Shown here: one piece after another, positions 29,881 to 46,486 of the stretch | Position numbering within the stretch: the first letter of the stretch is position 1 | Layout: each line of letters begins with the position of its first letter | Origin: Eledone cirrhosa | Lineage: Eukaryota | Assembly: GCA_964016885.1 (NCBI GenBank) | Contig: OZ024748.1 | Span: 5,890,001 to 5,954,000, forward strand | Length of the DNA: 64,000 nt | Direction: 5' to 3' | Notes under the pieces: generated by a model | Database searches by the model: none | Told to the model about the DNA's origin: nothing | Seen by the model: only the letters and a program-made list of their open reading frames with translations | Program-made: the position numbers and the translations under genes

Positions 29881-30854
29881 TATGATGAAGTGGCAGAATC
29901 ATTAAATTGTCAGACAAAATATTTTGGGTTAATTTTCCGGCTTTGTGCGTGCTGAATTGTCATAATTTGATAGATATATCCAAGATACAGAGCAACTCAA
30001 TTCGGTAGGGCGAGTTTTAACACATCATTAAAGCCATACCAGGAAAGAACGTTTCGTGGCCCTCTTAACTAAACGAAACGTATGTTCCTGATATGATTTT
30101 AATGATAATAATAATTGTTTCGATATATATATATATATATATAGTGACGAAACATAAGTCAATATTTCGATGATAGCCATTGAATGGCTATGACCACATC
30201 AGGCAGTTAGTCAGTTCTTAGATATGCCCGCTCTGTGTTTATGGCGTTGATGGTATCAGAGCCTTGGGACATATATATATATATACATACATACATATAT
30301 ACATGATGATGGCTGCCCCCTCGTTATCGAGTATGGCCATTGCACGATATACCATTATTAATAATTATTAATTAATTCTATCGTGCAATGCCTGTGCGTG
30401 AAGCTATTTTTTAAAGTGACGAAATACTGTGCACTGAGCCAATCCCACTCTCTGAGCGACAGTAGCTGTAACCCGAAAAGAAGAAAAGATCAACATCATC
30501 GCTAACTACTGAGCCGCAGGTTTTATATCGGAGTTATCCCAGTTTCCTCAGTCGCCTTCTCCTAGAAGTATGCCCTGAGAAAGGCTAGGGGTCCTTCACT
30601 CCCAGTGGTTTAACCGCGCGATCGGGTGTCCAGCCCGACTATTTCTATGTCCCCGCGCATATACATACACATGCACCCATGCATATACACATATACACAC
30701 ACATGTACATGTGTATATACATATTTACACACTTTTGGATACATATACATATATACATATATATAACTGGATTATCTATAACGATATTTGTTATCCCTTT
30801 TATATTAGATTGGGTGTGTTAAAAACCATCTAGACCATAACCCACCAGAGTACC

Positions 30855-30965
<111 letters not shown>

Positions 30966-32909
30966 TATATATAATTTACCTTGAAACTTAACTCTTTATG
31001 TACATATATATTTGTCTAGAAATATGTAATTATACTTCGAAAATTACAGATCGAATACAAATTCACACACATAAGTATATATGCGTAGACATACATACAC
31101 ACACACCCACACAAACTCACACAAACTCACACAGACATGCTCAGGTCTAATCCTGTTATTTATGTTTCCCTAACAGACACATGTTTGCCCTTTCATTCCC
31201 ACACTCTCTCCCTCTCTCTCTCTCTCTCTCATCTACTTATTTCCACCACTCACACTCACTCTCAATAGCTGTATCAACTCTGTCATTCTACCATATTTAG
31301 TCATGCATCATGTGTTTTATCATCCTTTGATTTTTTTTCACCGCCTCCCTCCGCTTCCCCAATAGCCAACAACACCAAATGCTTGCCTTTCAATAAAACA
31401 TTCTTTATTGCCCTGCATTTGTGTTAAAAAAAAAAAAGAAAAAATCAACCCATACACTCACAAACATACACTTATACACATACACAATATTTGTAGTTCT
31501 CACAATCAGTTCACGTTTACACACAAATACATACAGACAGAGAAACCCACAAACACATCTGTAAATACATCAAAATACATCAAAATAACTTATGGAAGTG
31601 AAGAAGGTATTCTAAAGTAGTGAGACGATCCGGTTGCCCGTCAAAAAAGGGGTTCTGCGAAAGGCGAAAGACACTCAAGAGCTGTCGGATTTGTTGTTTA
31701 ACCAGACAGTCGATAATATTCAACATTCTTGTAGGTCATCATGATATTTGAACATAAGACAATCAATCGGAAAAACAACCATATGACATCTTGCCCTCTA
31801 ATAATTCTGTTGATCTACTTCTCTAGACGTAATTCTTTTACCGGGACGATAAATTTTTCAAGTTGAACTCGGTGGAATTAGAATCGACAAGGCCTGGAAC
31901 TAGGATAAATGCTGAAGGGCATTTCACCCAACACTGTAACAATTGTTTCATATCAGCTGCAAAGAAAAAATAGGAACGAACGTTTGTTTTTCTTTAAGAG
32001 ATTTAAACGTTGACTCTGAAAAGTAGTATTGTATGTCTTGCCCCATATCTCCTGACATCTTCGTAGGGATGTCGTGGTGACATCTGGCCTCTTTAAAAGT
32101 GACCACGCAATTCCACCTTCAGTTCACTTCATTCCTCAGACGATTTTGTCCCTAGAAGGAATGATAGAGAATTAAGATAGAGATAAAGAGGAAGAATTGA
32201 CCCCTGTACTTTGACTGGTACTTTAATTTATCGCGCTCAATACTGGACTTGTAATTTCATTTTTTGACCTCAAAATGATGAAATGCAAAATTGACCTCGG
32301 CGAGGTTTGACCAAATGGTGCAGAAAGCAAGAAGGATTACTATGAAACATTTTATCCCACGTTCTTACAACCCTGCCAATTACCCGTGCCCTGAAATTAG
32401 AAAGCCTGTTTAATAGACATGGTATTCTCTCTGTGCTCTGTAAAATGACTATTTACAGAGTTTTCTACCGCTGCATCAGCGGTCACTTACACATTTTTCT
32501 GACTACAGTGATAGTACTATGATATAAATAAGCTAAGCGAAGCAATTCATATGGGGAATAAGAGGAATTTAGATAAATGAGATTGAAGCTGGTGTACTGA
32601 TTGACGTATGATAAAAATTATAAATGAATATAACAATAACAAAAATACAAAAAAAAAAGAACATAAAACAATACACAAAAATAAAAACACCAGAAAAATT
32701 CACAAAACCTCACCAAAAATCATCAGAAAATATGAAACAAAAGCTAACAGGATATCAGACAAAAATATAAATGAATAAAATAGAATATAATGAAAAACGT
32801 AAAGAGAATATAAAGTGTTTTTCAAAACACAAATACAAAGAAATAGCGAAAAAAAAAAACTAACATTAATAACAGATCTAAGTATACTCAAACATAAGCT
32901 ACCTTATAT

Positions 32910-33009
<100 letters not shown>

Positions 33010-33020
33010 ATATATATATG

Positions 33021-33086
<66 letters not shown>

Positions 33087-33345
33087 TACAACAATCAATG
33101 TCACTCACACATATACACTGACACATAGTTACTCACATAAGCAAACACAAACATGTAGGCACAGACACAACCCTACTAAACAAAATATAATGAATTATTG
33201 TCGGTCTTTCAACATTCAAGTGTTTCTTTAGGGAACAGGCAACAAAATGAAAGTTTAAATACTATGCTTCTTAATACGTTTTAAGTTTGATGGTTGTCAG
33301 TTATAGTTTTCATGTTGAACTTCATATTTAATTAATTATATACAG

Positions 33346-33377
<32 letters not shown>

Positions 33378-33759
33378 AATGAAAAATGGCGTGCTGCGTT
33401 GTTGCGAATGTAATACATATGAATTAAAAAATAGAGCAAGAAAGCAGGACTATCCGTCATCAGTGATCTTCTGGCCATCATCGGTATTTCTTCGCATTAA
33501 AGACCAGATACCTCAAGCCAGTGCGAACAATAACTAAAATAAGTTATTGTGATAAAAAGAATTGGGTGGAGAAAGAGAGACATGTAAACAAACAAAATTG
33601 GTAAGTCAACGTAAAGAGAGGAAAAGGAGAAAACAAGTCAATGATACATATGATCTTAAGTTCTAGCAAATCATTGACGAGAAGACGAAGGACACGTCCG
33701 AACCCTGCGAAATGTAAGCAAGAAAAGAATTTCACACACACACACACACATATATATAT

Positions 33760-33793
<34 letters not shown>

Positions 33794-34664
33794 GCATAAG
33801 TTTATTTAAAAACTACCTGGTTGAGAGCTTATTTGATTTGTGCTATTTATGCAATATTTTGCATGGTATACCCTTACTGAATTAATTTGCCAAAATCTGG
33901 GGTTTTTCCCCTTGTGAATTCCACATGTGCTTTTCACAAATTTGGTACAGAGCAAAATACCTGTTGATAACGTGATATTCCTTGTTCGACATTATACCTA
34001 AATCTCATAATTTTAAGCAGACAGTATTTTGATTTAGGCGTCATAGAAACCCTGCATTTGGATTTTAACATTAATTCCAATGGGTCCACGTTTTTTATCA
34101 TTTATTTTGTTTTGACCTGTTTAGCTTCATTTGCTTTTGGACTTAAGTGGTTGATGCTTTCTTTACCACTATTTCAGTTTTGTATGGCGTTTTAACATAT
34201 TGTTTAACTCTGTTTTTTTTAAACTATGGAGTGCTTGCCAGCATTATTTCTGATTTTTGCGTTTCGTTCGTTTCGCCTTTTCTACTCGCCGAAATGTGAT
34301 TCTCGCTAAATCTATATTTATATAATATGTATATATATATTTGTAGGGAAATACAGAGTGTATCAGAATACATATAAATATGAGAAACCTCATCGCTAGA
34401 ACAGCCATTAAAAGAGCTAAATGCTATCTAAAGACTGCTGGCTGCTGATCCATGTCCTCTGACAATATCGGAACATCATTGTCTTTGACCTCCTTTTATT
34501 ACATGTATATATATTGGGTGCTGCCCAATTGTTTTTTCTCTAGATTTATTCTATCCAATTAACTGAACTAATATTCATAACGACCTTCTGTTGTTACAAT
34601 TACATTATTCATTCGGTCTGGGTCGAGTTGTCCGGCAAAGGAAAAACACACACACACCACACAC

Positions 34665-34727
<63 letters not shown>

Positions 34728-34752
34728 TATGTATATATATATATATATATAG

Positions 34753-34874
<122 letters not shown>

Positions 34875-34886
34875 ACATACATACAT

Positions 34887-34977
<91 letters not shown>

Positions 34978-34982
34978 CATAC

Positions 34983-35015
<33 letters not shown>

Positions 35016-35024
35016 CACTTACAA

Positions 35025-35106
<82 letters not shown>

Positions 35107-35296
35107 AAGAAGGTGTGGTAAGATACCCGGTGGACCATAACGTATAAGAGTACTCGATACTTAGGGTAGTAGAGTGGGTGATAGGAAAAGAGTCAGGATC
35201 TAGCAGTCTAAACGGCTGAACAATGGCCGTTTCTACAGCTAGATCCAAACTAAACTAAATGAGGGGTCTTAACTCCCCCCCCCCCTCTCTCTCTCA

Positions 35297-35342
<46 letters not shown>

Positions 35343-35649
35343 TGTATATATAAACGATGGATTTTCACGCAATTTTCGTCAACCAAATTCAATTCAAATT
35401 ATAATTCTTCATATTCCGTGACATATATCTTTCTTCCATATTATATACTTCTTTACAATAGTGATTCTATTAGAAGGTAGTGATGATGTGGAACAAAGTT
35501 CGATTCCTGACCAGCTTCAGATACATAGGCATGGCTTTACTTTTTCAACTAGCGTTCATATTGGGAGAATCATCGAATGTGAAATCATCATAAATTTAAT
35601 CAATATCAACCAATGAAAACAGTTTAAACACACACACACATATAAATAG

Positions 35650-35680
<31 letters not shown>

Positions 35681-35893
35681 GACACGCACACAAATACACA
35701 CACAAACATATACACACATAAACATACACACATAATCATACACATACACACACAGACACAAAGAAACATACACATACATATAAACATATATATATATATA
35801 TACAAAGAAAAGTATTTGTTTTTGACATATATATACACGTATATAAGTATTTATTCTCGTAAGCATGTATGCATACACATACGTAAGTATGCA

Positions 35894-35952
<59 letters not shown>

Positions 35953-36643
35953 GTATATATATGTATATATATATATGTGTGTGTGTGTGTGTATGTGTGT
36001 GTATGAGCTTGTATATATACGTATAAAATGATTAATAGATAAGCATAAGTGAGTAAGACAGACTATAACATTATACGATGTGAAATGCTTTAATATTTTT
36101 AAAAGTTTAAGTATTAAAAAGTTAAAAGCACCGAAATAAAGAAATACTCAAAACAACCGACAAAGTATAAAAGTAAATTAAAAAAAAACATGTAAAACAT
36201 GTAAAAATTAATAAATAATCTTAATAAATATAAAATATAAAACAAAAAATAAGTGGATATTGAAAGATATAATTATTTCGTTCCACTGGGAAATAAAATA
36301 ATTATCTTTTCTCATTTAATTAATGGATTTTTCTCATGGTTTCGAATCCCACCAGCTGTGTTTCGGAGGTGAGTTTTATGTTGTTAATTACTTAAAATTT
36401 CTCTTGCATTTCATAAACACGAAACATAACAGAAATTGGGGATGCAAATTATACTATTTAAAAGCTTCAAACACTTGTCTGGATATACATATACACATAT
36501 ATATATATGTATATGTATATATATGTATATATGTATGTGAATGTATGTATATATATATGTATTTATGTATATGTATATATATATATATATATATATACAT
36601 ACATATACATAAATATATATATATATGTATATTTATGTATATG

Positions 36644-36742
<99 letters not shown>

Positions 36743-36786
36743 ATATGTATATGTATGTATGTATATATATATATATATATTTATGA

Positions 36787-36835
<49 letters not shown>

Positions 36836-37230
36836 TATATATATATATATATATATATAGATAGAAGGAAATTGTAGTTTACTTGAAGCATTGCGCAGTG
36901 GGGTATTATTTTATATATATGTATATATATATATATTTATATATGCATGTAGGTATATATATGTATGTATATATCTGTGTGTATATAGATATTAATGTAT
37001 TCATATATCTCACGTATATTTTTCTTACGCTCTCATATACAACCACGCGTATACATATATTATGAGTAATTTAAATATTGTGTGTTTGTATATATATATG
37101 TATGTATGTATGCATGTGTAAGTATATATATAAGTATACATGTGCGTATGCATATACGGTATTTGACATATAAACCTTATCAATAAATCTATACTTATAT
37201 AACCACACATATACACGAATATACATACGT

Positions 37231-37315
<85 letters not shown>

Positions 37316-37366
37316 AATGTATATATATGTGTGTGTATATATATGTATTTATATATGTATGTATAT

Positions 37367-37457
<91 letters not shown>

Positions 37458-37459
37458 TG

Positions 37460-37521
<62 letters not shown>

Positions 37522-38028
37522 TGCCTTCTTGTATGTGTGTTGGAACTTTTTTTTATTTTTGTGCATATATACATGTATACATGTGCATGATACTTTTTAA
37601 TAAATATTCCATATCTACTTGTTTCTCAGATGCTGAACAAGTGTGTGTTGGTGTGTGGGTGTGGGTGGGGGCGTGTGTCAGGTGTATATGTGTATGTGTG
37701 TGCTTCAGTTTTTTTAGTGTGTTTATATGCATGGTTATATAGGTGTGTTTCATTCTCGTGTGTAGTCATGCTTATTAAAATTCGCATTAATATGAAGTAT
37801 TTTCGCATGAGTCTATGTATATGTGCAGTAACTAGTTCTTATGTGAATATGACAATAGTATAACGCAGATACACAGATACACACGCACAGATACACACAC
37901 ACAGATACACACACAAAAAATACATACACTCAAAGAAAGAGGCACACATACATTCTTATTGTATATATTATATGTATAATTATTTCATGTATGTATAGAT
38001 ATATATGTTTGCTTGTATGTATGCGTAA

Positions 38029-38154
<126 letters not shown>

Positions 38155-38339
38155 CATATTATATCTATCCCTGTCTGTTGTTATACATATACTTATTTTC
38201 CGTCTCCAGTTGTTTTCATATATAATATAAAATTCTCTTGATTGTAATCTCGTTTTTGTATCACAAGACTCCACTGGACCGGTTTAAATCTTCTGTTTAA
38301 ATAACCGTTGAGTTCAACGGATGAGAAAATATTCTCCTT

Positions 38340-38590
38340 CTTCTTCATTGCCCACTCATTCCTGAGAGAGTTGAGGGTGCAGAGTCCTTAAACACTCCTT
38401 CCAGCGGGTCCTGTCAGAAGCAACCGTCTCCAACTGATCCGGTTTGATACTCAAGCGTGAACAGCCAAGCTCATGGATGTTATCCAACCATCTTGCTCGG
38501 GGTCTATCCTTGGGTCTCCTGTCGGTTGGATTTGTCCGTAAAATATGTCCAGTGATTCTTTCCTGAGACACTCTAACCACATGCCCATAC
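38340..38590 (-). mobile_element. RTE-clade LINE 3' end
   Basis: GHVVRVSQERITGHIL...RRPKDRPRARWLDNI...VASDRTRWKECL is the characteristic RTE C-terminus. Homologous pieces occur at 28180-28370 (+), 17110-17210 and 28390-28480 (-). Confidence 0.85.
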
Positions 38591-39196
38591 TTCTTTTCTA
38601 AATGAGGACGATGACGGCTATGGACTTCCCTAGGATGTGTATGGTTGTAGTAGTATTTGTTGTCGGTTTTCTTGTTCTTCTCAACGATCTGAATCCTGAT
38701 TGAGCAACACCATCATAAAATCAGATCTAGTTGTGACGAACTCGTATATTTCGTAAATCTAATGTCAATGCCTGTGGAAGGGATCTCGTATATACTCACA
38801 CATTGGCTCGTGCTACTACTTTTAACATTTCGAGTTATCGTTTGAACTGCATACAGGACTTTCTATACACGTGTATGCCAGTTTTTTTAATTCCAATTGG
38901 ACGCCAATTCATTCATATATAATCCGCTATATAATTTTCTAAGTAAGGTACCAAACGTCATATAGTCTCGTTGTACATTTTTAATTAATTAATTAAATAA
39001 TCAATTAATTTTCTACTATTATTGCCTTCTAAGTAAGTAATGAATCTTTGTTATCTAAAAGAAAAAAAAAAGTTAATGTTAGCCACATGTACTTCGAAAA
39101 GCGAAATTAAAATGTAAAAAAAAAAGAAAAGAAAAAGAAAGCGGATATATGGTGAAATAGAGACGTGAACTTTTCAGAAGCCAGGCAAAATAATAA

Positions 39197-39227
<31 letters not shown>

Positions 39228-39230
39228 AGC

Positions 39231-39264
<34 letters not shown>

Positions 39265-41184
39265 TTGATGATGCTGATAATAATAATAAATAATAAATAA
39301 TATAAGAATAAATAGTAACATATAAAATGTGATCGAAATACAACAAAAAAATATAAAAGGCAGTAACCCGAGAAAGAAATATAGTAGAATTCTTTCTGGA
39401 GATTTACTACTTCAACAGAAGCGTGGAATGGTAACTTAGCTTTGCAATGTTCACGTATTTCTCTTAATGCCATTAGTGAAACATTTAATAAATGGCATTC
39501 TAATTGCGAATTCTGAGGATTGAGGTTTGTTAACGAAAACAACAACAGCAACTAAAACATTAATGAGAGTAAGTCTTTATGTGGTTGTTTAACAAGCTAA
39601 ACATAGCAACTATATCTCCTTCATACCACACACTACAATTTTTAGTAAGGTAAATAGATCTTAACTCCTGACGGTGTAAGAGGAGTGTCACCATGTCTCA
39701 CAGCATCTTTTTAGAGTTTTAAGCCCGACGGAGCCAAACCCTCTCCAGATCAGAACACGGCCGATTTAGTTCAGAGAAGGAGACATAGGAAGAATCGACT
39801 TGTGTGCTGGAGTACTTTAGTTTTTGACCTCGAAACGATGAAAGGTAAAGTTAAACTCTGATGGACTTGGACTCAGAGTGACTTGAGCCACACAAACACC
39901 GAATTACTCAATTCGACGCTCAAAAGATTATACCAATTCCCCCCACCTTACTATATTAAGTAATGACAGGACAAAAACAGAAAGAGTATTGAATTATAGC
40001 AATTATTAATTCATTCAAGTATTTGATTTACTTAGTAAGCGATATACACCGTTAAATTATTCGTACGCATACATTAGTCTTTTAATACGAATGTTCATTG
40101 AATGTCTATATCACCTTGTATGTTCATTTATTCTGGCGTTTGTTGACGAATAAGTTATAAAGTATTTTTGACACCCGGCAATTTGTAGGGACATGCAGGT
40201 CACACTGCGCCACACATATTTTGTGAAAGGATTACGTTAACGGCTCAAATGTCGGTGGAACAACCAGCCACCTACTGCCCAGCCAAATGTCTAGAGTTTC
40301 CTCCCCTAGTGACTGTTCCTGTTTATTTTCATTAGTGAATTCCTTCCCCTTTCTCTTTTTTCTTTCTTCCTGTTTACCATTTTAATTTTTTTTTATATTT
40401 TAAGATTTTCATCATTGCATATTTCTGATCAACAATAAATATATTCCCACTCACTCATAAGATAGTTCACTTAATCGAACAGCTGAAATACACTTCGTCG
40501 ACGGCGATGTAGGATCCATTTATGTCTAACAACAGTTGCCAACAGTTTCCAACCAAACACTTTGTCGTTGACCTATAAGCTCATCGTTCCATACGATTGG
40601 TTTGGAACAACGTCAGTAAGTCTTGAAACAACAACTTGGCAAACTAGTTTCTATTTGGTCAGATGGTTCAGCTGATATTGAAGAAACTGTTTTCATACAG
40701 ATCGATAGCTCAATTAGATAACAAACTAACAAACAAACATAATGGCTGTGCCTCAGCATGGCCAAAGCCCATTGATTGGAACAGGAAAAAAGTATAATAG
40801 TCAACAAGTAGTGGCATCAATGCCTGACTGACTATGGAGTGCCCTTTGCTATCATTTGGTTTAGGGTTCAATCTCACTACGTGCAACCTTAAGCAGTTAT
40901 CTTCTTTTCTAGCTTCAGGTTCACTAATGGTGTGTGGGTGGAATCTGGTCTATACACACACACGCACATACACATACATGTATGTGTATGTGCGTGTGTG
41001 TATGTATCTATATATATATATGTAGATACATCTACCAAAAGTTTACGGTGGTGTCCAATCCGTATGAAGAACTCAATGTAATCCGGATATCATGGAAAGA
41101 AGAGATGCATTCAAAAATCACTTTCGGTGAAAGATAAACGGAATACAGAGTCAAGATAAAATATAAAAAAAAATAATGAATAAA

Positions 41185-41288
<104 letters not shown>

Positions 41289-41537
41289 ATACATATATAT
41301 ATATATATATACATACACATATATATATACAAATGGAAGTTTAGTAAAATCGGAGTTTTGTCTGTGGCCAAGCTAACGATATACAATTAGGAATGTGCAG
41401 CAAAGCACTCAATAGGTTGTGTGACCTTAGAGAAATAACATAAGTTAGATAGCTTGACAAATTGAAAGCTGCGACAGTTGAGCCCAGCCACATGAAACCA
41501 AAGCATCGAAAAAGCCAATCAGGTATTGATAAACAAA

Positions 41538-41582
<45 letters not shown>

Positions 41583-42009
41583 TTGGGGAGGATCATATTT
41601 GTGTAATAATATTGCCAGACTTAATAACAGAACACACTCACTGTTTGGTTGGTTTTCGCTTCTGTGTCTTTTATATCGGTTAATTTAATTTATTCGGTCC
41701 TCAATGTTACCATCGTAAGACTAATATATATATATACACGTGTGTGTGTGTGTGAGGGACAGGGAGAGTGTGTGTATTCATGACAAATAAATAAATAGAA
41801 CAATATATCTCTATCGCAATATCTTAAGCTATTGCTACTCAACACTTGATATTCTCTGTCTTGGGTCGAAATATGAATTGGCAGCCAGGAAAATTGGATT
41901 AGAATATGAATTTGTTGAGCCTTTTTACCGAAATATATTACAAGCAACTTAAAATCTAAAATGTTAAACTTATTTCAAATTTATATAATTTTCTTATAAT
42001 TTTTCCATT

Positions 42010-42042
<33 letters not shown>

Positions 42043-42156
42043 GTGTGTGTGTGTATATATATATATTCATATATATACATATAGATACATTTACATATAA
42101 ACATATACATATATACATATGCATGTACATGTACACACACACAATATATATATATG

Positions 42157-42250
<94 letters not shown>

Positions 42251-42898
42251 AACATACATTTCCTGGCAACAATCTCCATGGGCACACAAGCATGTAAATA
42301 TTCTAAAGAAGGATGAAGAATTTTTTGGTAAAAAGTAAATAGACATAAAAGAAAAAAAAACGGGAAAAAAATAAAAGAAATCACATCTGCTAGAAAACAA
42401 CACAAACAGATAAAACAATATCATAGAACCAAAACACAACAAACAACAACAACAAACAACAAACATTAAAGAACAAACAATCATGACGTAAGCGAAAGCC
42501 AAATAACCGTAAGAGTGTAACGAAACAACAACAAAAGCCACAATAACAGAGAAAAAACAACAATAACAGCAACAAGAAGGAAACCACCACCACCACCATC
42601 ATCACTATCACCATCACCACCACCATCAACAACACCACAACCACCACCAACAACAACAACACCACCTTCAACAAAGACACTATAAACAACTGCAACAGCA
42701 ACAACAATTACAGCAACGACAATAGTATCTCTACCACCACCACTACCACAAACAACGTAATACTATTTCTACCAACTCCACCACAAACAACAATAACAAC
42801 AACAACAACAACTACGACGACAATACCATCTCTACCATCAACACATCCACCACCATCACCGCCATCACCGCCATCATCCTCACCCTCACCCTCACATC

Positions 42899-42930
<32 letters not shown>

Positions 42931-43356
42931 TATGGTCCATCAAAAAATAAGCAAAGAATTCGTAAAAGTGAAACGAAGAAAGGCACAACAACAATAACAA
43001 CAGCAACAACAACACTAACAATCACAAAAATAACATCAACAACAACAATAACACCAACTACAACAATAACACCAACTACAACAGAAGGAACCTAAAAAAC
43101 GAGCAAAGAACCGAAGAACCACAATATAGTTTCGTGAAGAGAAAAAGAAAAAAAAAATCTAAAGCAAATCAATAAAAAAATGGATGATTATGGTAATCGA
43201 TAAAAATCCAAGGGAGATAATACTAAACATCAAAGAGGTTTATCGATAATTACAAAAATTTTTGAAATATGAGGTTTTATGAATTGACTGATAGATAAAC
43301 TAAGAGCTAGCTAATTATATTTGCTTCGTATAACTGCAAAGGTATGTATGTATATG

Positions 43357-43516
<160 letters not shown>

Positions 43517-43952
43517 CTTAGATGTGTATGGGTATACATAGCCATATACAATGTGTAAGTACATATATATACATATATATATATATATATGCTTAGATGT
43601 ATATGCATATACACATTGTATATGCGTGAGTACGTGTTTTCTATGTATCTATATGCAAATATATGCATAAAATGTGATTGCGTTTGTGCTTGAGAATGTG
43701 TTTCTCAGTTTTACTTTGTTTTATTTTAATGACCCTACGAATATTCATAAATATCTACATATATATGCACACGCATGTATGTATGTTTATAAGTTTATGT
43801 ATATATATATACATACATATATACATGTATATATATATATATATACATACATATATATATATATGTACATACATACATATATAAATATGCATACATATAT
43901 ATATATATATGTACACACATATATATATATATCTATATATATATATATATAC

Positions 43953-43983
<31 letters not shown>

Positions 43984-43984
43984 C

Positions 43985-44074
<90 letters not shown>

Positions 44075-44177
44075 ACTATTTAAGTACGCACAACTGCTCT
44101 GACATTTTTACATTACCTCTCACTTTTAGCCAAAACAAACAAAAATATATAAAAGTCATGAAAAGAGAAACCAATAC

Positions 44178-44222
<45 letters not shown>

Positions 44223-44581
44223 TATCATCATCATCATCATAGTCATCAATAGCAGCGACAATAAGAACACAATCAGCATCATCATCATCATCATCATAGA
44301 CAATACAAACAATAGCATTAGGAAAGGTGTCGTCAGAAATAGGAATAACAACAACAGTTGCAACAACAACATAAACAGCAAAAGCGACAGGATGAACGAC
44401 TGTGAGGAAAAGAAGAGTACAATGTGAATGTCATGTAGAGCTCTTGGATTAATGGTGGCCTCATAATCGTCATCATCATCATCATAATCATCTTAATCAT
44501 CATCATCATCTTAATCATCATCATTATCATAATCTTAATCATCATCATCATCATCTTAATCATCATCATTATCATAATCTT

Positions 44582-44612
<31 letters not shown>

Positions 44613-44960
44613 TTAATCATCATCATTATCATATTCTTAATCATCATCATCATCTTTATCATCATCATTATCATAATCATAATCTTAATCATCATCATCA
44701 TCATCATCTTAATCATCATCATTATCATAATCTTAATCATCATCATTATCATAATCTTAATCATCATCATCATCATCATCTTAATCATCATCATCATCAT
44801 CATCTTAATCATCATCATCATCATCATCTTAATCATCATCATCATCATCATCTTAATCATCATCATCATCATCATCTTAATCATCATCATTATCATAATC
44901 TTAATCATCGTTATCATCATCATCATCATCTTCAACATCGTCATCAACATCATCAACAAC
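44178..44960. repeat. Compound (ATC)n array punctuated by TTA, interrupted by a short unique island
   Basis: (cat)n at 44178-44297, then (atc)n-tta units at 44465-44940. Confidence 0.9.
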
Positions 44961-44987
44961 CACTCTTTACTCTGTGGCCCTCTGACA

Positions 44988-45062
<75 letters not shown>

Positions 45063-45445
45063 TATCTCTCTCTATCTCTACCCCCTTCTCCCCCCCTCTC
45101 TCTTTATCTCTCCCTCTCCTTCGGTTGTCTACAATAACCTATCTCATCTTCTCTTCTTCCCATCCCAGCTATTCATAACTGTACACGACACCTTTCTTCA
45201 AGTTCGTAATCTATGTTGATACTACCCCCGCACTCATATGATACACCCTTAAGGTTTATCTAACTGGACCCTCACACAACACATTTCCTCCTTTCATTTC
45301 ACACTTTAAGCTATATCAGCGTATACATGTATTAAGTAACTGCACAGATATTCATATTTCAAGAAAGGTGATTGGGTAACATCCATAAGCTCGTATTATT
45401 CTAAAAGTTTTCATCTTTCATTTATATCCTCTTTCACTTTACTCT

Positions 45446-45478
45446 ACTTTGATAAAGGTTTTATGCCGAAACGTCAAA
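45446..45478 (+). ncRNA. Possible minimal hammerhead remnant (U3-A8 core)
   Basis: TTGATAA-a-ggt-tttat-gcc-GAAA-cg-TC; stem I is poorly paired. Confidence 0.35.
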
Positions 45479-45847
45479 ATCTGACGACCACATGTAATAT
45501 AATTTCTCCGTTTGTTTAACTTACTTTAACATCTGCCACAGTTCAATTGTTCGCCCCTTTTTTCCACGTTATTACGCTCACCCTATTTCTGTCACTACAC
45601 ACATATACAGGACATTCCTGATGATATCTTATGAATGAAGCAGACCTAGTCTAAAATATACATGTATACACACAGACACACACACACACACATACACACA
45701 CATACACACACACTAATATATATTTATATACATATATATATGTAGATAAACATAAATATATAGAGACAGATAGATAGATACAGTATATATATATATGAAT
45801 ATGTATATGAGTATATATATATATATATGTGCGTATATATATATATA

Positions 45848-45881
<34 letters not shown>

Positions 45882-46179
45882 GTATAGGATTACCCAAGAT
45901 GTAGTAATGGTTAATTACTACACTGGATATGGTTGACGTACGGTGAGAGGTTACTCTACGAGTTATGGAAGAATTGTTGAAGAAACTTAGTTCCTGATCC
46001 TTCTGTATTCCGGAGTGTATATAAAGAATGAATAATTGTTTCTACTTTAGGCACAAGGCCAGCAATTACCCAGTGCCTTACTGGTACTTTATTTTATCGA
46101 CCTCGTAAGGATGAAAGGCAAAGTCAACCTCGGCTGAATAATAACAGGTAGACATCATAAAAAGGTAATTTATTCCGTG

Positions 46180-46291
46180 TGCTTACAAATGTTTCCACGG
46201 TGGTACTACAGCCTAGTTATGTTATGTGCACATTTACAAGCATTTGCAGAACTCAAATATCCAATGCTGTGACCACTGTATCCTCAGAGCA
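46180..46291 (-). ncRNA. Mirror copy of the long-stem-II hammerhead
   Basis: TCCTCAG at 46281-46287 and tgcttacaaatgtttc at 46180-46195 give an intact core on the minus strand. Confidence 0.7.
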
Positions 46292-46301
46292 GAATGACAT
46301 C

Positions 46302-46413
46302 TGCTCTGAGGATACAGTGGTCACAGCATTGGATATTTGAGTTCTGCAAATACTTGTGAATTTGCACATAGCATAACTAGGCTGTAGTACCACCGTGGAA
46401 ACATTTGTAAGCA
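46302..46413 (+). ncRNA. Type I hammerhead ribozyme motif with long stem II
   Basis: tgct-CTGAGGA(46306-46312)-tacagtggt.cacagc...gctgtag.taccaccgtg-GAAA(46398-46401)-catttg-TA-agca. Stem I tgct/agca; predicted cleavage after GUA at 46409. Confidence 0.7.
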
Positions 46414-46486
46414 CACGGAATAAATTACCTTTTTATGATGTCTACCTGTTATTATTCTGTGCCAAAAGTAGAAACAATTATTCATT

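Noticed and set aside
33800-34250. Higher-complexity stretch considered as a Penelope endonuclease remnant
   Set aside because: Manual translation gave no convincing GIY-YIG or RT motif; a profile search would be needed.
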